Below are positions 11,655-26,500 of a stretch of 64,000 nt of DNA, piece by piece (position 1 is the stretch's first letter; the number at the start of each line of letters is the position of its first letter). Location: assembly GCA_040954595.2 (NCBI GenBank), contig CM082579.2:2534345-2598344 (forward strand). The letters run 5' to 3'. A program made the translations under genes and the position numbers. This DNA is from Balanoglossus misakiensis (lineage: Eukaryota > Animalia > Hemichordata). The notes under the pieces are model-generated. The model was not told the origin of the DNA, searched no databases, and was given only the letters and a program-made list of their open reading frames with translations.

Positions 11655-12770
11655 ATGAAATACGCACTTGAAAATCTCACGGCTTTTAATCACACAGAAG
11701 AATGGCCCACTTATTTCAGGTGCCAACTCGTCAATCGAGTCATCGAAGACATCATTAGTGTTGTACTGTGTTGTTGCGGGATCCCCGGCAATGTGGCTGT
11801 TATCTTCGTCGTCTTGCGCGTGCCATCCATGAGAAGTGTCACCAACGTGCTGCTGGTGAACCTGGCCATCGGTGATCTGCTCTGCCTGGTCCCCAACACC
11901 GTTTTCTACTTCTGCCGTGCCATTGACTTCACGATCGTCGCTGGCGACGTCGGGCACGGCATCATCATCGTGTCGATCCTGGGCATCTACGTCTCGCTCA
12001 ATTCTCTGCTGCTGATCAGCATTGAGAGGTACCTGGCCGTCTGCAAGACGCTGTTCCACCGGACGAGGTTTGTGAACAGAAAACGCAACATGGCCATCAC
12101 CCTGGCGTCCATCTGGACCTTGGCGATCATGCTGCTGGCGCCCTACTTGATGCAGCATTTCTTTACCATCGACGTGCACAAAATTGCCACGTATTCTTAT
12201 TTGTCGGATTTCTTGCTGGTCATCTTCCTGATGACCCTCCTGTACTCGCGAATTATCATGACACTCAGGAAAACCCGGATGCTGGGCAGTATGAGAGCCC
12301 GGGCGTACGCCGTCAAAGAGAGGCGGGTGGTTGCTCTTTGCTTCGTGACGGCCCTCCTCTCCACCGTCTGCATGTTACCATGGGTGACGCTCGGCCTGCT
12401 CCAGTTGCTCACTTTCTACTTCAAGGTCATACCCTTCTCCGATCGGATGTTTTGTCTGTCCAAGGTCAGCAACTACTGCCTGCAGGCCAACTCCTGCATC
12501 AACCCGTACATCTACAACGTTCTCAGCAGCAAGTACAGGCGCGCCTTCAGAGAAGCCTTCTGTTGCGACAACGTCATCAAGAGGAGCCGGTCCAGCTACT
12601 TGGAAAAACACAGCCCGTTCACATCCGAGTGCGGTCTCATCTCCGAGTCGCGGCCTGTGCATCGAAATGGGGTCGGCGAAGGGAAAGATGCCAACAGCTA
12701 TGAACTGACGCTGAGCAGACAGTCCACGTACCGTGTCAACATTGACAAGCGAAAGACTTTTGATTGTTGA
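11655..12770 (+). CDS. Class A (rhodopsin-like) GPCR with an intronless CDS, peptide-receptor-like orphan, 371 aa
   Basis: Seven hydrophobic segments with GN (TM1), NLAIGD (TM2), ISIERY (TM3), W (TM4), CMLP (TM6) and NSCINPYIY (TM7), followed by helix 8 YRRAF and a CC palmitoylation site. N-terminal N-glycosylation sequons NLT and NHT. Confidence 0.95.
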   Translation: MKYALENLTAFNHTEEWPTYFRCQLVNRVIEDIISVVLCCCGIPGNVAVIFVVLRVPSMRSVTNVLLVNLAIGDLLCLVPNTVFYFCRAIDFTIVAGDVGHGIIIVSILGIYVSLNSLLLISIERYLAVCKTLFHRTRFVNRKRNMAITLASIWTLAIMLLAPYLMQHFFTIDVHKIATYSYLSDFLLVIFLMTLLYSRIIMTLRKTRMLGSMRARAYAVKERRVVALCFVTALLSTVCMLPWVTLGLLQLLTFYFKVIPFSDRMFCLSKVSNYCLQANSCINPYIYNVLSSKYRRAFREAFCCDNVIKRSRSSYLEKHSPFTSECGLISESRPVHRNGVGEGKDANSYELTLSRQSTYRVNIDKRKTFDC

Positions 12771-15700
12771 TTTTTTTGCTTTTAATGGCTGAACTGTTCG
12801 CCGGTGAGAGTGAATCCCGTCTCCTGTAAAGTTTAACAAACTGACAGCTCTAGTGGCTCGTCTTTTATCGTAAAAACCCTCCACGTGAACGGTTTGCCAT
12901 GTAATATACATAATACATAAATGCGATGTTCTCGATTTCGTTTTGCCACGGACAGAACACAGTTGTATAGCCAAATCTCATAAAGGGACTCTACCATGCA
13001 GAGCTCCAGAGAGAAAGGTATTTCGCACGTTCAAACTATCCTTTTTTCACTCTCTATATAGGCACATCTGGGACTGGATTTCTTTTTATCCTGTGCCTCA
13101 TTGTGGCTCAGGTTTCCACGGTTAAACTATCATAGGTATATGTGTAGTCATTCCTTCGCGAATTCTGTCTTACTCGACATAAGTGCATATTTATGGAGAC
13201 AGATTCCTATCAGGGCGGTGACAGAAAGGAGGGCACTCTTCTCTCTTTTTCTGTAACACCTGGAAATGGACGCCCTTCTCTCGTAAATTTTAACGAGAAC
13301 GTGTACATAAATCAATCAACCTTCATTCTGAGAGATCAAACTCCTCTGTTCTGTATGTTGTACAGCTTAGAAATTAATTTGCTAGTGGCTGAAATTAGTC
13401 TGATTTTTTCTTTGCGTAAAATGGCTAAATGTCGCATAGTGTCTTTTTCTGGGTTATGTTAATTATGTGGTTTACAGTGAGAAGGAAACAACATCAAATG
13501 ATTAATAAACCAAAATTATATGTTGTACCTTCTTATGTGTTTATTATGTTTGTCATGACAAGTAAGTTATTAAACTGACCGTAGCCTAGTGTCAGGGACG
13601 ACTCTGTTAATGTACAGAGAAACACACCATAGAACTTGAGCTAAAACTGAGACCCTCTAACTTCCTGTTGGAACGGAGCACGTCAGTCTTCGGATCTCAG
13701 ACAAAATTTCGACCCCAAAAACCTTTCTGGGATAGCGCCAGCCGAACGATGCTTGGCATCAAACCGTGTCGAATTCAAAACAACTTCTCTACACAAATCA
13801 GTCAATCAATATTCTCTATAATAAAGGCATTTATATGATGATTAGGACGAGATAAATAATTTATAGTAAAAAGTTATTTGAGAGACACCGCTACAATTTC
13901 CAATTGGCTTCAGAGGTTACGCGGCGATTTGACTGAAAGCCAAAAGATTCGTTTAAACCCACATGCAAAACGCTAGCAGATCAAAATATAGTTTGGTTTC
14001 CGTTGTTCCATCAAATGTACATTTGAGGTCATTGCTTTTAAAGCTGGCGGAATGAGAAATAAATTGCGAGGGTGGTGAAATGTGAATTACGAAAATCACA
14101 ATAAAAAGTAATAAGAGAGCCAATTTATCGATTTTGACATTGTGTGTGCGCTGAAAGTGGCCATGAAAGGCGCAATGTGTGTGTGAGCACACACTATCTG
14201 ACGCCATTTTATATTTTGATTAAAAAAGAACGAAACCATATATCACGTACGATAGGACTTAATCGGAATTAGAAACATCTCCAATCCCAAACTAACCCGA
14301 AGCCAATGTAACCAATTTCCCGAAATTTGAAAAGTTTGCTGGGGATAGGTTTTAAGGTGTTCCGTGTTCAAATTTGACTGTCAGCTGCGTCCACCGCAAT
14401 ATGGTTAGGAACTTCTGTGCCGAAGAAGGTGTTGGATGTTTTAATCAAAGTATTCATGTCTGCTGCGGGGAAATTATTGGAAGAGAGACTTTCAAGGAAG
14501 TAATATGGTTGACTTATCCGGCAGAGAACGACCGACGACAGTGAACTTAATAGAAACTGCCAAGTTACAACAGTTGACGTATGACCCACAGAATTCCAGA
14601 TGACTTTAATTTTCCCTTCAGGTACTTTTGTAATGAATTCATCTCGCAGTTGTTTATTCTTCAAATTACGACATTCCGGAGAACGTGGGACTACCTTCTG
14701 GCCGACGCGGCGCCGCCGTTTTTATGCAACTGTCTCTGGGCGCTGACGATTTTCTCGCTCATTAGGGGTGCGGTCGGAGATTGAGCTGCAGTTGTAACGT
14801 GTCGGCGAGAGCGCGGCACCAGACGGAGAATACATCACTGTTGATTAGTCGCAGTGAGCCGGCGATGGTGAATTACCGTTAAGCTCTTTATACAGCTTTC
14901 GCATCGCCACCAACTTAACAAGTGGGGGAAATCGCGACCCGATCAGCCAGCCACGGGTCATCGAGACGCAATCACCGATAAATCAAGCGAGCGACACCAG
15001 GTGACCGCCGGCGTCCCCAGACTGAACGGTCAGAGTGTCGAAGCAACGTCTGTTACTCTTACGTGCAAAGCCAGAGACCGAAGCATTTTACTGAAGGCGC
15101 TTTGTGACACATAAATTTGATAATACATCACATGTATTGACAACCACTTCACTGACGGGGTGTCAGATGTTGCCGCGAGTCATAAATACGATTTTCCCTA
15201 GAGGAGGTTCGGCTGTCACGTTTGGTGTAAAGCGTCTTTTGAAAATTCATAGATGTCCCTACATTTGAGAAAATTGTATTGACAAACACAAGTGACTCCT
15301 CTCATAGTAAAGTGTTTCAGTTACATAATACATCATTGCGCTTGTTGCAGAAGTGGGTACCATAACTATCAACCCTAATTAACCAATACATGTTAGACCC
15401 AATAGAAATCATACCTTTCAGTAGTTTCTCATCTTAAAGCATAAAGCAGAAACGACTCAAAAGAAACGGCGGCCGTCGTTTCTGCGAAATAGTGTTTTTT
15501 GGAAAATGGTTGTATATACTGTAGGGGCTGTGTCGATCATGCGTGCTACAAGAGTTCGTTTTTGCATGACTGGCTTTGGTTGTCAGCGAGCACAGCTTTG
15601 TTGATTACACTATTCTGGTGGTTAATATAATTCCCTCGTGTATATACGGATCGCCTTGGCCCCGCACACAGATGTGAGACGGCAAATTATGGCTGTTTTG

Positions 15701-18700
15701 TCACTCCATACAATGTGCATTAAGCCTCAAATTTATCTCCACCTTTTATTGCCTTGAAAAGCCGGCTTGTAGTTGAGGTTGGTCTTTTGATGGGGATGGG
15801 GGACATTCTGAAAGATGCAGAAGAAAACATTTTATTAAAGTGTTCAGCTGCGCCGCTTCGTTAGCAACTCTGTGCGTGACATGCCTCTTTGTCGGTTTCT
15901 AATAGCGTGAGTTGAACGAATTCACACAGACAGGCAGCGATGAAAGTCCCGATAAGGTGCTTAGTCATGAGATGTATAATAACGCCTGTACATGTAAATA
16001 TTGCATGTACTGCCTAATTCAGAAAAAAGACAAACTGAATATCAGTTTTAGTTTATGCTATTTTTTTCTCTACTTTGTTGAGATGTACGCGTCTCGCACA
16101 CCTTGAGTGCGTCTGCCCATTACGGGGTCACCGTGGCAACACCGTGTCGTTCAGCCTGCGTGTACTTTCCAGGGGCAACGGTTGCCCAACAGAAAAGTAT
16201 TACTGCCGTGGACGTAATGAACGGAACATGTTTCTCTGGTATGTCCCTCTTATTGTTGCGAAGAAATGGATTTCCTGTCGTCTCAAGTACCACTTTTTTC
16301 CATTTCCTTGACTCTCCAGGGACCAGATGTGCTACATGTACGTATTCTCTCCATAATAAACACAGCCAAGTCGAAGTTACATTTCACAGTCACATCGCCA
16401 ACAACAACCTCACCTTTCAAATGGTATCTTCGTGTAAAAACAAGGTCGACTCAAACTTACAATGAAATGAAATATAACCGTTCCAAACGTAGACACTGAA
16501 ATGGGTGGTGTCATAATTGATTAATCTCATAAATAGCAGACTACTATTAGAATCATATTTTTGCACTTCCCCATCGTAAATCTTCCTTAAAAGTTCCTAA
16601 TCACTTCCTGTTTTAACCATGTTTCATTTATCATGCTTTTAATTTAACATTTAAAGCACAGGACAAGGCTTCGTGTTGGTAGATATCCACACTACAGTGA
16701 AACAAGACTTGATTGATGGCCATTTCTAGTAGAGATCTCAGATTTCGTGAACTCATTTGTTTGATCACTTGCGAACTACTCTATACAACGGGCTTTTAAA
16801 TTATTTCATTTTTGTCATCTTTCATTAGTGTTTGTCTAAGAAACTCGTCTTAAAGTGCTCCTGAGCGACAGGGCCATGGATTCAGCTACAATGCATCAGT
16901 GCGGTACGCCGGACAGCGGTTATTATCATGGCGACGTGCATATGTCGTTTTTGATAAATTTGCAGACCTGTCCATCAGGAGCTGTCAAATGGACCACTTA
17001 AATGGATCAATCACACCACTTATCCGTGGAATTTCGAGAGAAATAAACTGATCCACAAGTGAGATCTGCATCATAACAGCTGCTGACGATAAATTGAGTT
17101 ATGTGCAAGCGTATCATTTATCTGCGTCCTTTCGTGCCGAGGGAAAGCTTTTTTTACACATTGCCCAGCTCATGACCTGAAACATCTTGTCAGGCGTTTT
17201 AGCAACACACGCAGATACTTTCCAGTCCTGACAGGCGCGAATAATCCAAGTGTATCTCTTTGACGGCACGATATTGATCCTGAATAGACGGTCGTTGGTG
17301 ATAAACTAGAATTCTTCTTCCTATACCTGGATCTGTTCCAGCATATACAATCAGTCTGCAGATTATACGACGAGTGTAGCAAAACGCTGATTCTGTAATC
17401 GTGAATTATTGACTTGCCAAGCTGCAGCTTATGGTGTACATATTTCACAACACTGAATATATCTCCAGGTTTATTTTATTCGAATACAATCATACTCAAG
17501 CATAAAGCCGGCGATGTAAGTAGACTCGAAGGCTCAATTTGTTGGATCGTTTAACACGAAAATATCGTTTTCAAAGACGACAACTGTTTCAAGATGGTCT
17601 CTTCATACTTTAGAAAGAGTGAAAAAAAGCAATGCTGCATTTCAATTGCCCTTGCTTCAATGTTTTATCATTTCGCACAGAAAGAGACGTATGGAATGAC
17701 AGGCAAATTGTTTTCGCAGACAGGCAAAAAACAGGAAGGTTGTTTAAAAGGAGCTGCGTTTGGTCAACTTGCACAAACAAGGTAAAAAAGTAATATGTTA
17801 TAGATCCAAAATACGTGTCGATCGATGAGACACTTTTCAATTAACCAAACTGCAAAATGCACCATATAAATTTCATCTTGAATGCGGCGTGGGTTAGGAT
17901 AGCCAGAACAGTATCAACAATAGAAGAATATTGGCTTTTTAGACTCCTTTACCTGAATTGCCGTGACGTCACAAAATCAACGAAGCTTTGTGAAAAATAC
18001 ATTAACTGCCCCTTAGTAATTTGATACACCGGTAACACTGAAATATAAAAAGGTCCGTGACTATTGATGAATTACCATGAAGTCTCGCGAGAACCAAGAT
18101 CGAAAATCACAGACGCACTCTGGTGATTCCTATTTTAATTCTATGTGACAAAAACTGGCGATTCTTTCATCTTGCATGTGTATAGATTTACATGTAAGTT
18201 TTTAGCCAAGGACACGTTTAAAATAAAAATAACGCGTTTGCTGCTTTCATTTTAATTTGTGCGTAGGACGATCGGGTAATGGCGTTTCTCGCGCCTTAAG
18301 TTTCTAATAAAACGATCGTCAAACGAGAATTAGCGTCACTGAGGACGCCGAGCGAACGTTATTAATTGTTGCTTTGAGTCGTAACAAAGGCGTCTTTTTT
18401 GTAATCTAAAGACTAGATCGACTCACCTGTGTTTTTTACTTGCAGTTAAAACTGTCAATGCACTTCACAATGCGGCCGATCAAAGAATTCAGGAAATCAA
18501 AGAAGCCAATTAATTAGAAAATAAGTACCTATTCTGGTGTATTTTCCTCGCTAGTTTGGATTGCAATGCCGTAAATAGTTTATTGTACTTTGTTTGCAGA
18601 GAGCGAGTAGCGTCTGAACAGCGGCGATAAATCTCTCTCAGAGATGAGAATAAACTTCGATCTGACAGGTTTTTAGAGACCTCCATCAGATTATAAAAAA

Positions 18701-21700
18701 CACCATGGTTTGTGGCACCTACTTCGAAGAAATTGTGCTGTGAATATGATTTCATATTGGCCGTAATTGCGACAGATGATGGTCGCCTCCTCGAGAGGCG
18801 CTTATGTACGCGTAATGAATGAAGCGTGCATATCACACCATGCTAAACCATGCACTCACACCGGCCTGTTGAAAAGCAATCAACTCTGAAAATGTTATTG
18901 CACGGACGTTAAGTAAAACACTGAATCAATATCGTGAAATCAGAGAGTCCTGCGCCTTAATACCTTTTCTTTTCAATCGCCTTTCTGACTTTATCACTGG
19001 ACATTAATTCTGTGATGATGTTATTCGAGACACATTTATTTCTAAGTTGTTATATTGGTTTGGGATTGGCGGCCGTTCTCTGCAGGTCAATCAGTTTTAC
19101 TTGTTGTAAACTTAGTGTGTGAAAAGTTCGTCACCCGAGTGCATATTACAAAACAGTTGTCTGACACAACTGAATCTTGAGATTTTTCAACACTTCAAGA
19201 AGAAAAAGTCTCCTGAGCTTAGTCATATAATAAACATTTCCATCAGAAAAGGTATAAAGGGTAGCCGGTATTTTAGCCGGCTACCGGTTCTAATCTACAG
19301 CCCTGAATGTGGCATTCTAATACCCATCATAATGACGATTTATTGCAATGCGTCGAGACTGGGAAATTGTCGTATATCACCTTCCAGTTAACACGCATGG
19401 TGCAGCTAGGCAACAACCTTTTATATCGTCCTTCACTCCGCGAAATTCATTCAACCCATCAAAATATTTGTCTCGCCGTATTTTATCGAATCGTCTCGAG
19501 CGCAAATCGAAAGATCTTCGAGTTTTCCATTTATCTCTGTCGCCTGTTTTAATAGTTTGTACTAAGGTGGGTCATCGTGCTGGCGGGCGCAATTCACCCG
19601 GATGTTGATTGATTGCGTCGCTTTGTCAGCTAAAAGACGCAGCCATGTTTCTGTAAGTACCTCTATGGGGGGAACATTACTTACATACCGCCCGAATCCA
19701 TCGGCCTTTGTTAGTAGCAACTTAATTGATGTTGACATATTGATCATTTCAAGCGAGCACTGTAAGAGCAATAGAGACTGTAGTGTTTGTATTCTTGGCT
19801 ATGTAAATGTTGAAATTGCAGCATTATGTCTTTCCTGTGAGTGGGTTGTTTTTGTTGCAAAATTTAACAGGTTATACAAGGAAAATACATCAAAACTATG
19901 GATTCTTGTGTTATGAATCGATTGCTATAAACACTTTTATATGGCTGAGAAGGTTACAAAATGATCATTTTCCGTCGTGTGCATACGAGTATTGTATAGA
20001 AAAGTGGTGAACGTGTCGCAAGCTCGGAAGTTGACTCCAGAATATGATTTGTTTGTGTACGACTTCTCCAGCCCCGACCGCTCAATTACCCGTGTAAGCT
20101 CAGTTGACTCCGCCAATAAATAACCCAGCTTGACGACTCAGCCGAGAGACTCGCGGTTGGCACAGAGCAGCTGCTATCAGCGCCGGGCTCGGTTTGAGAG
20201 GCACCTCACGTATCGCGTAATTCAATTTTCCTCTGTGATTACTTAACAAATATACGATATTTTAATATCACCGCCGGTTTCGGGTTTGGACACCTGGGAT
20301 GTTCTGATTTATGATGTAGATAGAGGTTATATCGTCAGCGATGCTTGCATAAATCCAGAGTGGCCACATTAAATCGTCCTTTCGTCTGTAAACATTACAT
20401 AAAACCTGATGTCATTACAACAACAAAAAACATTCAGTTCTTCAAACACACCAGCCTTCGGTTTTATGAGCGTCATTACCAATACTGCGGCTAAAATTAG
20501 ACGGTGTAATGCATTTTTATAATCAAAGAAATGCACGAACGACGATTGTGCTATACCTACACTTAGAATTGTTAAAATAGTCAAACGAAGCACCATCTCA
20601 ATGGAACCACGACCTACGGCCAACGACCAAGAAGTGGCGGCAGGTGTTTCGAAAATAGTGAGTACGCCCTGCCCCACCTGTGACATCAGCCATCAGTCTC
20701 TACAACTAAAGACAAATTTCATCGAAGCAATCAGGGGTCATTTGTTCAAGAGATACATTGTTCTCATCTAACCTTTCACGACTCCTCCCCCAAAACAGTT
20801 TTAATGTGGAAACACGGCTTTGTCTACATTAACTTTGATTTATAAGTTTGCAAGAGCTGAGGCTGCGTCGCTCATCAGAATCACCATCTCAACTACACGC
20901 GCTTGCATAATAGATAAGCAGGGACATGTATACCCCATAGGCCGGTGAGTGTGGAATCTCGCTGTCAAGGTGTGAGGGGAAATTGATGATAGCTTGATAA
21001 TAAAGTAGAACTCATCTCTCTTGCCTTACAACCCAGTAGAAAACTATCTAGACACGAAGCAGAAGCCTGTTCTGTAGTTTCTTTAATCTCCAATTCGGGG
21101 AATAAATCATACTAGGGATATAGTCACATAATATGGGATTATTTCGGCAATTGGTATCATCTAAGCCTCGGCTGCAGAGAATTTCTGAAGTCTGACGAAA
21201 TTCTGAATAAATCCCGTCTCGTATGCGTACAGACACAACTCGGAATCCTGATTGATAGTGTATTTCAAATGTTACTTCCATATTTGACTAGAGATAATAT
21301 GATATACGGTGTAGAAAAATCAAATGTTTTTAATTGCTGTTCTCTTTTAAATAGAAATTGATTTCAGATTACCTTGTTCATGCATTCATGGATTCATGCA
21401 TGTACAATTGATTTTCTGACATGCGCATGCGGCCTTCTTTGAGGTAGATACTTGGGTCATTCCTTAGTTAGATGAACATACCCTGTCGTTACGTCTATCG
21501 AGCGCTTCGTTTGTTATCGCAGGGTGTTATACTTCATGTGAAAGCGCCGCTGAAACATAAATCGTATGCGTGAACTACATGTAAGATAAATTGCGCTAAT
21601 ACAGTAAGTTGCTAACCTGCGGCAACGAGGCATCGGCACATATTTTACGCCCGCTGTATTTTTCCATACCGACAATAAATTTCAGACACGCTGTTTATGA

Positions 21701-23573
21701 AGCACTCCAAATGTCTCTATTAAAATCTACTCCGAGTTTATGACGAAGACGGATAATGTAATTGGTGCTTGATACACGTAACGCAAGTCTAATTTTTTCA
21801 AAGGAAATGACTACAGTTTCGTTGAAGACGAAAGCGCTACAATTGGCACACAATGCCCTCTGAAGGTATATTTCTATTGATTTGTAAGCTGGGGATGTGA
21901 TTATAGCGATCGTTGCACGTACCAAGAAAGTGGTCCAATTACTTCGCAGAAAGAAAAAATACAAACACTTTTTGTGTTTGGCCTTTTTATTGAAAACTTC
22001 ACGGGAATCACCAGCAGGGGGATACATACAGTTTCGTTTATATCTCAATATTAGATCAAGAGACGATAGCAGGGAATATCAAATTTCCGCTGTATGAATT
22101 ATGAAGTTTAAACTGCCATGCGCAAGCGGCGGGCTGTTTCGGTTATTGCTCTGATCATCAAACCTGTCAAGTTAAATGGGGTTGGGATTTTTTGTAATTC
22201 TATCATACCGTTTGATATCTCCTTTGCCAAAGATGGCAGGGTTAGTGAATCTAACAATCCCAGAGAGTGAATTTCAATTACCATGTTCCCGTTCCTTGGT
22301 ATATGGACCAAGATGCTTCTACTGTCATGGTATGTGCCCACCATCTTCTAACATTTTCACTCGACAATTCGGCTGTTTGCAACACATCCGTCACTATAAA
22401 TAAAATATTACATCTGTAATATATCTGCCAGTTGATATCGATTCAAGAATTTTCCAACTTTCAGTCATGCGTGCTTCTTTTTTTATTCTCATGCAATACG
22501 AGAAATCCCTGAAGATCTGTGTATCACGATTACCAAATAGGACACGGAGACATTTTTGAGTTATTAATTTCTTGTCGAAAGGTCGAGTAGTTGTTGACGT
22601 CACGAGAGGGAAGTTTGTTGTTCTGAATGAATGATCGCTTCCAGATGTAATAATTTGACGTCACTTTGACTAAATTTCCAGAAATTGGTTGCCATGGATG
22701 GCTGACTCTGTATTGATCTGACGCGGACTTCGATATCTGCAAACACCTTTAGGTATTGCAGACATGTTTAGGCTCCTGGTGTTTTTGAATTTACAATGAA
22801 TGAGAGATATTCCCATTGTTGAACCAACAGCCGCCACACAAGAAGACTAATTACTGCAGCATAAATTATTTTATGTTCCTCTAAATTTCAAGGGTTTACA
22901 TATATGTACATCGGACAAACATGTGTGAAGTTAACTGATTGGAGAAACTCTTTCATTCATAATACACGAAATGTCTCCACTAGGCAATATTCTTCGAGAA
23001 ACAAATTAACCCTCGTCCTTGAAACACATCCTTTGGGATCTCGTGTACTTCTCGGTTACGTGACGTTGTGTATATTACGTGTCTACGAGTGCTTTTGCCA
23101 ATATCGATGAAACCACATCTCCCCGGTCTGTTTTAAAGATCCCATTGATGTCTGTTTTGCATTTTCACGTCAGAATGTACAGTATTTGTTCCATGCTTAC
23201 AGGGCATCTTGTTGCCAGTGGCCATGGCAACCCGGAATTTTCGAGCTTTTCCCAAAGCATTCGCGCTGACTTCCCTACTACTAAGAGTCTTCAAACGCAC
23301 CGATCCCAATTAGCGATTTTTTTCCTTTCCAATACCCAACTCAGGACTGAGGCATGAACACTTCTCTCGCGTAAAATTCATCGATATTCCATTCAGTGAA
23401 GACATTAACGATAATATCATATGAATGAATTCACAGCGATGGGACTGTGTTGTGTAACATAAGTATGTAATATATATTTTAAAGTAATTTATTCCTATGT
23501 AATTACCCTGAGTATATACCCATAATATAATCGTCATCACACGCATGCATGATCGTCCACTACAATTGATTGA

Positions 23574-23599
23574 CCCCTAACCCTAATCCTAACCCTAAT
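23574..23599 (+). repeat. Short (CCCTAA)n-like tract
   Basis: CCCCTAACCCTAATCCTAACCCTAAT, about four degenerate telomere-type units. Confidence 0.6.
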
Positions 23600-26500
23600 C
23601 AAATAGCATTCACGCACGGCAATTAACAAGCAATTATGATACACACACAAGAGACAGTGAAATATATAATATTATTTCCATATTATGACCTTCTTCTTAT
23701 GAACTACTTCTACCTGCATTTTTCACTTGTCATTTACCGATCTAATTGGGGTAGAAATTCATTTGGGTAACTATACATGATAGGCGAATGCGTGTTATAA
23801 CCTGGGCACTTGCAAGTTAATGGAAAATACGACCTCTTGGTTACAGCGTGTGAAAGGTTATCTTGTGAGTGGATCAGCCTTTGCATTTAGCTTTCGATTT
23901 GGGATTACACAACTTCAATTTGTATTTCACATTTCCATACTGTCCATATTTATATATTAAGATACTTTTAAGTATGGTGGAAAACTTTACATTTTAGAAT
24001 GGATTGTGGACAGGTGACAGCTTTATGCACGTACATACTTGATCCCGATAACGCTTTGGCAGTCAACATAGGTCGATAGATCAGGTGGTGTCCTGTTGGG
24101 GGCTCTTAACTCTCCTAATATTACCGAGCACTTGCACAACCAATGCACCAGTGTCCATCCCGCGGCCTCGCAAGAATTCTTCTCACAGGTCAAAGCCTGT
24201 GTAAGTTCATACTTTTCAAACAGGTGCATAACCATAACTGCAAGCACGTCCTGTCCACCAACTGGACTCCCAAAACTATGCACCAACTGCAGGAATTGCT
24301 CTGAAACTTCTTCAGGGAAGTGTTATACCACGTTGCTAGACGTTGTTTTTTTTTTTTTGCTTTCTGAGCTAGCCAACTCTACTCTGTATCACAAATAGTT
24401 CTCTTCACGTCAGAGATCTTCTCTTTGTCATCTTACCCGGATACGCAAATGGAACAGCTGTAATGTATTATCAGTCTTATTACGTGCAAGTTTGCAGATG
24501 GCATCGTCTTACTAGTCTCCCTCAAAGACAAACATGCTCTTTGTTATATTTTTGTATAATTAGACTAAGTATCATGGGGAAGGTAGCAGCTTGTGTCAGC
24601 TTAAAGCAGGAAAACGGCTTTTGGGGGTGGAATAATCATCAGTCAGTAAGCCATTAGTACAACTATAGACCGAGTCGAAATCTTATCCATTATCATTTTA
24701 CAATTTTTCCGCTATAATTTTATGGTGTTTTTTTAATTCTACACTCGGCAACTCCGTCGCCTTATTCCACCAGATTCGAGGCTTGCAGCTGTAAACTGAA
24801 CATTACTACCGACTTTTTCATTGCTCCGTTTTATTTAACCACTCTCTTTTACCAAATGTCAATTTTATGATTTTTTTCATTTAATGGCCAATAAAGTGTA
24901 TCGCGTTGAAATTGAAGCTGCGCTGAATCAGATATCAGGATGTACTTGTAAATAAACGCGAACGTGCCAAGGGTAGCAGGGCACAGGCAATTGATAACAA
25001 CCTTAGGACACTTATTTCAAAATGTGATGTGTTTACAGCACTAATAGGGTCATTAATGCCAGCTGCTTTGTAGGATTTCTTGGCGCAAAATTCTGGTCGT
25101 TAATTGTGCCCATGAAACTGAGTGGTATAAAACGCGATTCCACAGATTTGCCGCCGCGGGAGCATGTACATGTGCTGTCAAATGCCTCGGAATATCCTTA
25201 CTACATGTTTGTCGTAGCGGAGGACGCTCTAATGATTTTGAACCACAGAGTGAAAGCGTGCCCTCGTGTTTTTGACAAGTTGTTTACATCTCTGGCTCGA
25301 GAGTATATAACTAAGTTATCGCTCTGCTACGGTGATTCGCAGCTGGGAATCATATCTTCCCACGTACACCAAGAAAGAACATAACACCCTCAAAGCCACT
25401 GGGGTTGAAAAAGTTACCTTGTCTCTGCAGTTTAATAGCTCTGTCGCGACCTTTAAAAAGTGCATTTACAAACGCAAACCGGTTGTATACTATACAGCGT
25501 GGATAATGGAAACGTCATCACGCTGTACTTCATTACATCATTGAAAGATACGTCCATTTTCCACGGTCGAATGCTTTCTCCTTTTTGGAAGAAGTCATTT
25601 CGGTCACTTAGGTCTAGAGAGGGAAATGCTTTGACCGAAGTCACCCTTCATTTTATCCAGCATTCATTTCGCAATCACATCTTGTTACGATCAATATGTT
25701 GGCCATAAACAGGTCGTAAATTTGCTAAATTTGCTTTGCCTAGCGGTGCGGTTCTTTATGCTCTCGTCTACCCTTCCTATAATGCCTTGGTTTAATTTGA
25801 TTATATCACCAGTTTCAAAATACCAAATGTTAGGGTTGTGTGCAGTTTGTAGCAATAGCATTTATAGGTGAAATTTGTCTCGGCCATTGAAACTTTACAC
25901 AGTCGTGTCTTGTGCAGACTAATTTTGTCTTATTAACTCGTCGTGTCCTCTAAAACCATGGGGTTTTCACTTTCTCACTAATTGGTCTGACACAATTTAC
26001 CACTTAGGATCATAACAAGTGATTGCACAGAAGCGTAAGGATCTCATTCAGACTTTCCTATTCGCTGACAATCCGATTCTCCCTCAAGTAGAGCAAGATG
26101 TCTTCCCAGTAACAGCCTGACAACCGAGCCAGCATGGTTCACATTCCGTTTGCGCCTGCGCGCGATAGAGTGAAGTTCTCAAACGTTTCAAAAATGATGC
26201 CACTGTCATACCTGACTGATTTCACTGACTGACATCCGTATCCGTATCCCACCTTTACAAATTTCACATTTCACAATTTAAGACAGGCAGACACGTGTTT
26301 TGCACGAAATCACTGTTACCTATTCTTTAACCACATTTAATTAACGCTGCGTGATCACCTTTTCAGAACTTCATTTCCTTCCCTTTATCAAACAGTGCAA
26401 TGTCAATTTCAATTACGCAGTCACGTGCATGGACGTACCCTTTGTCCATTCGCCCACTACAACAATTCTCCGCTTAGCCTTTTTTTCTCTTTATCATATC

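Noticed and set aside
11616-12974. Long antisense and alternate-frame ORFs (187, 199 and 121 aa) over the GPCR
   Set aside because: Shadow ORFs of a GC3-rich coding sequence with no recognisable domains.
23574-23599. Possible interstitial telomere or chromosome fusion scar
   Set aside because: Only about four degenerate units; such short tracts are common in invertebrate repeats.
24023-24398. Overlapping 87- and 100-aa ORFs in a slightly GC-richer patch
   Set aside because: No recognisable domain and no convincing splice sites. A decayed transposon fragment cannot be excluded without BLASTX.
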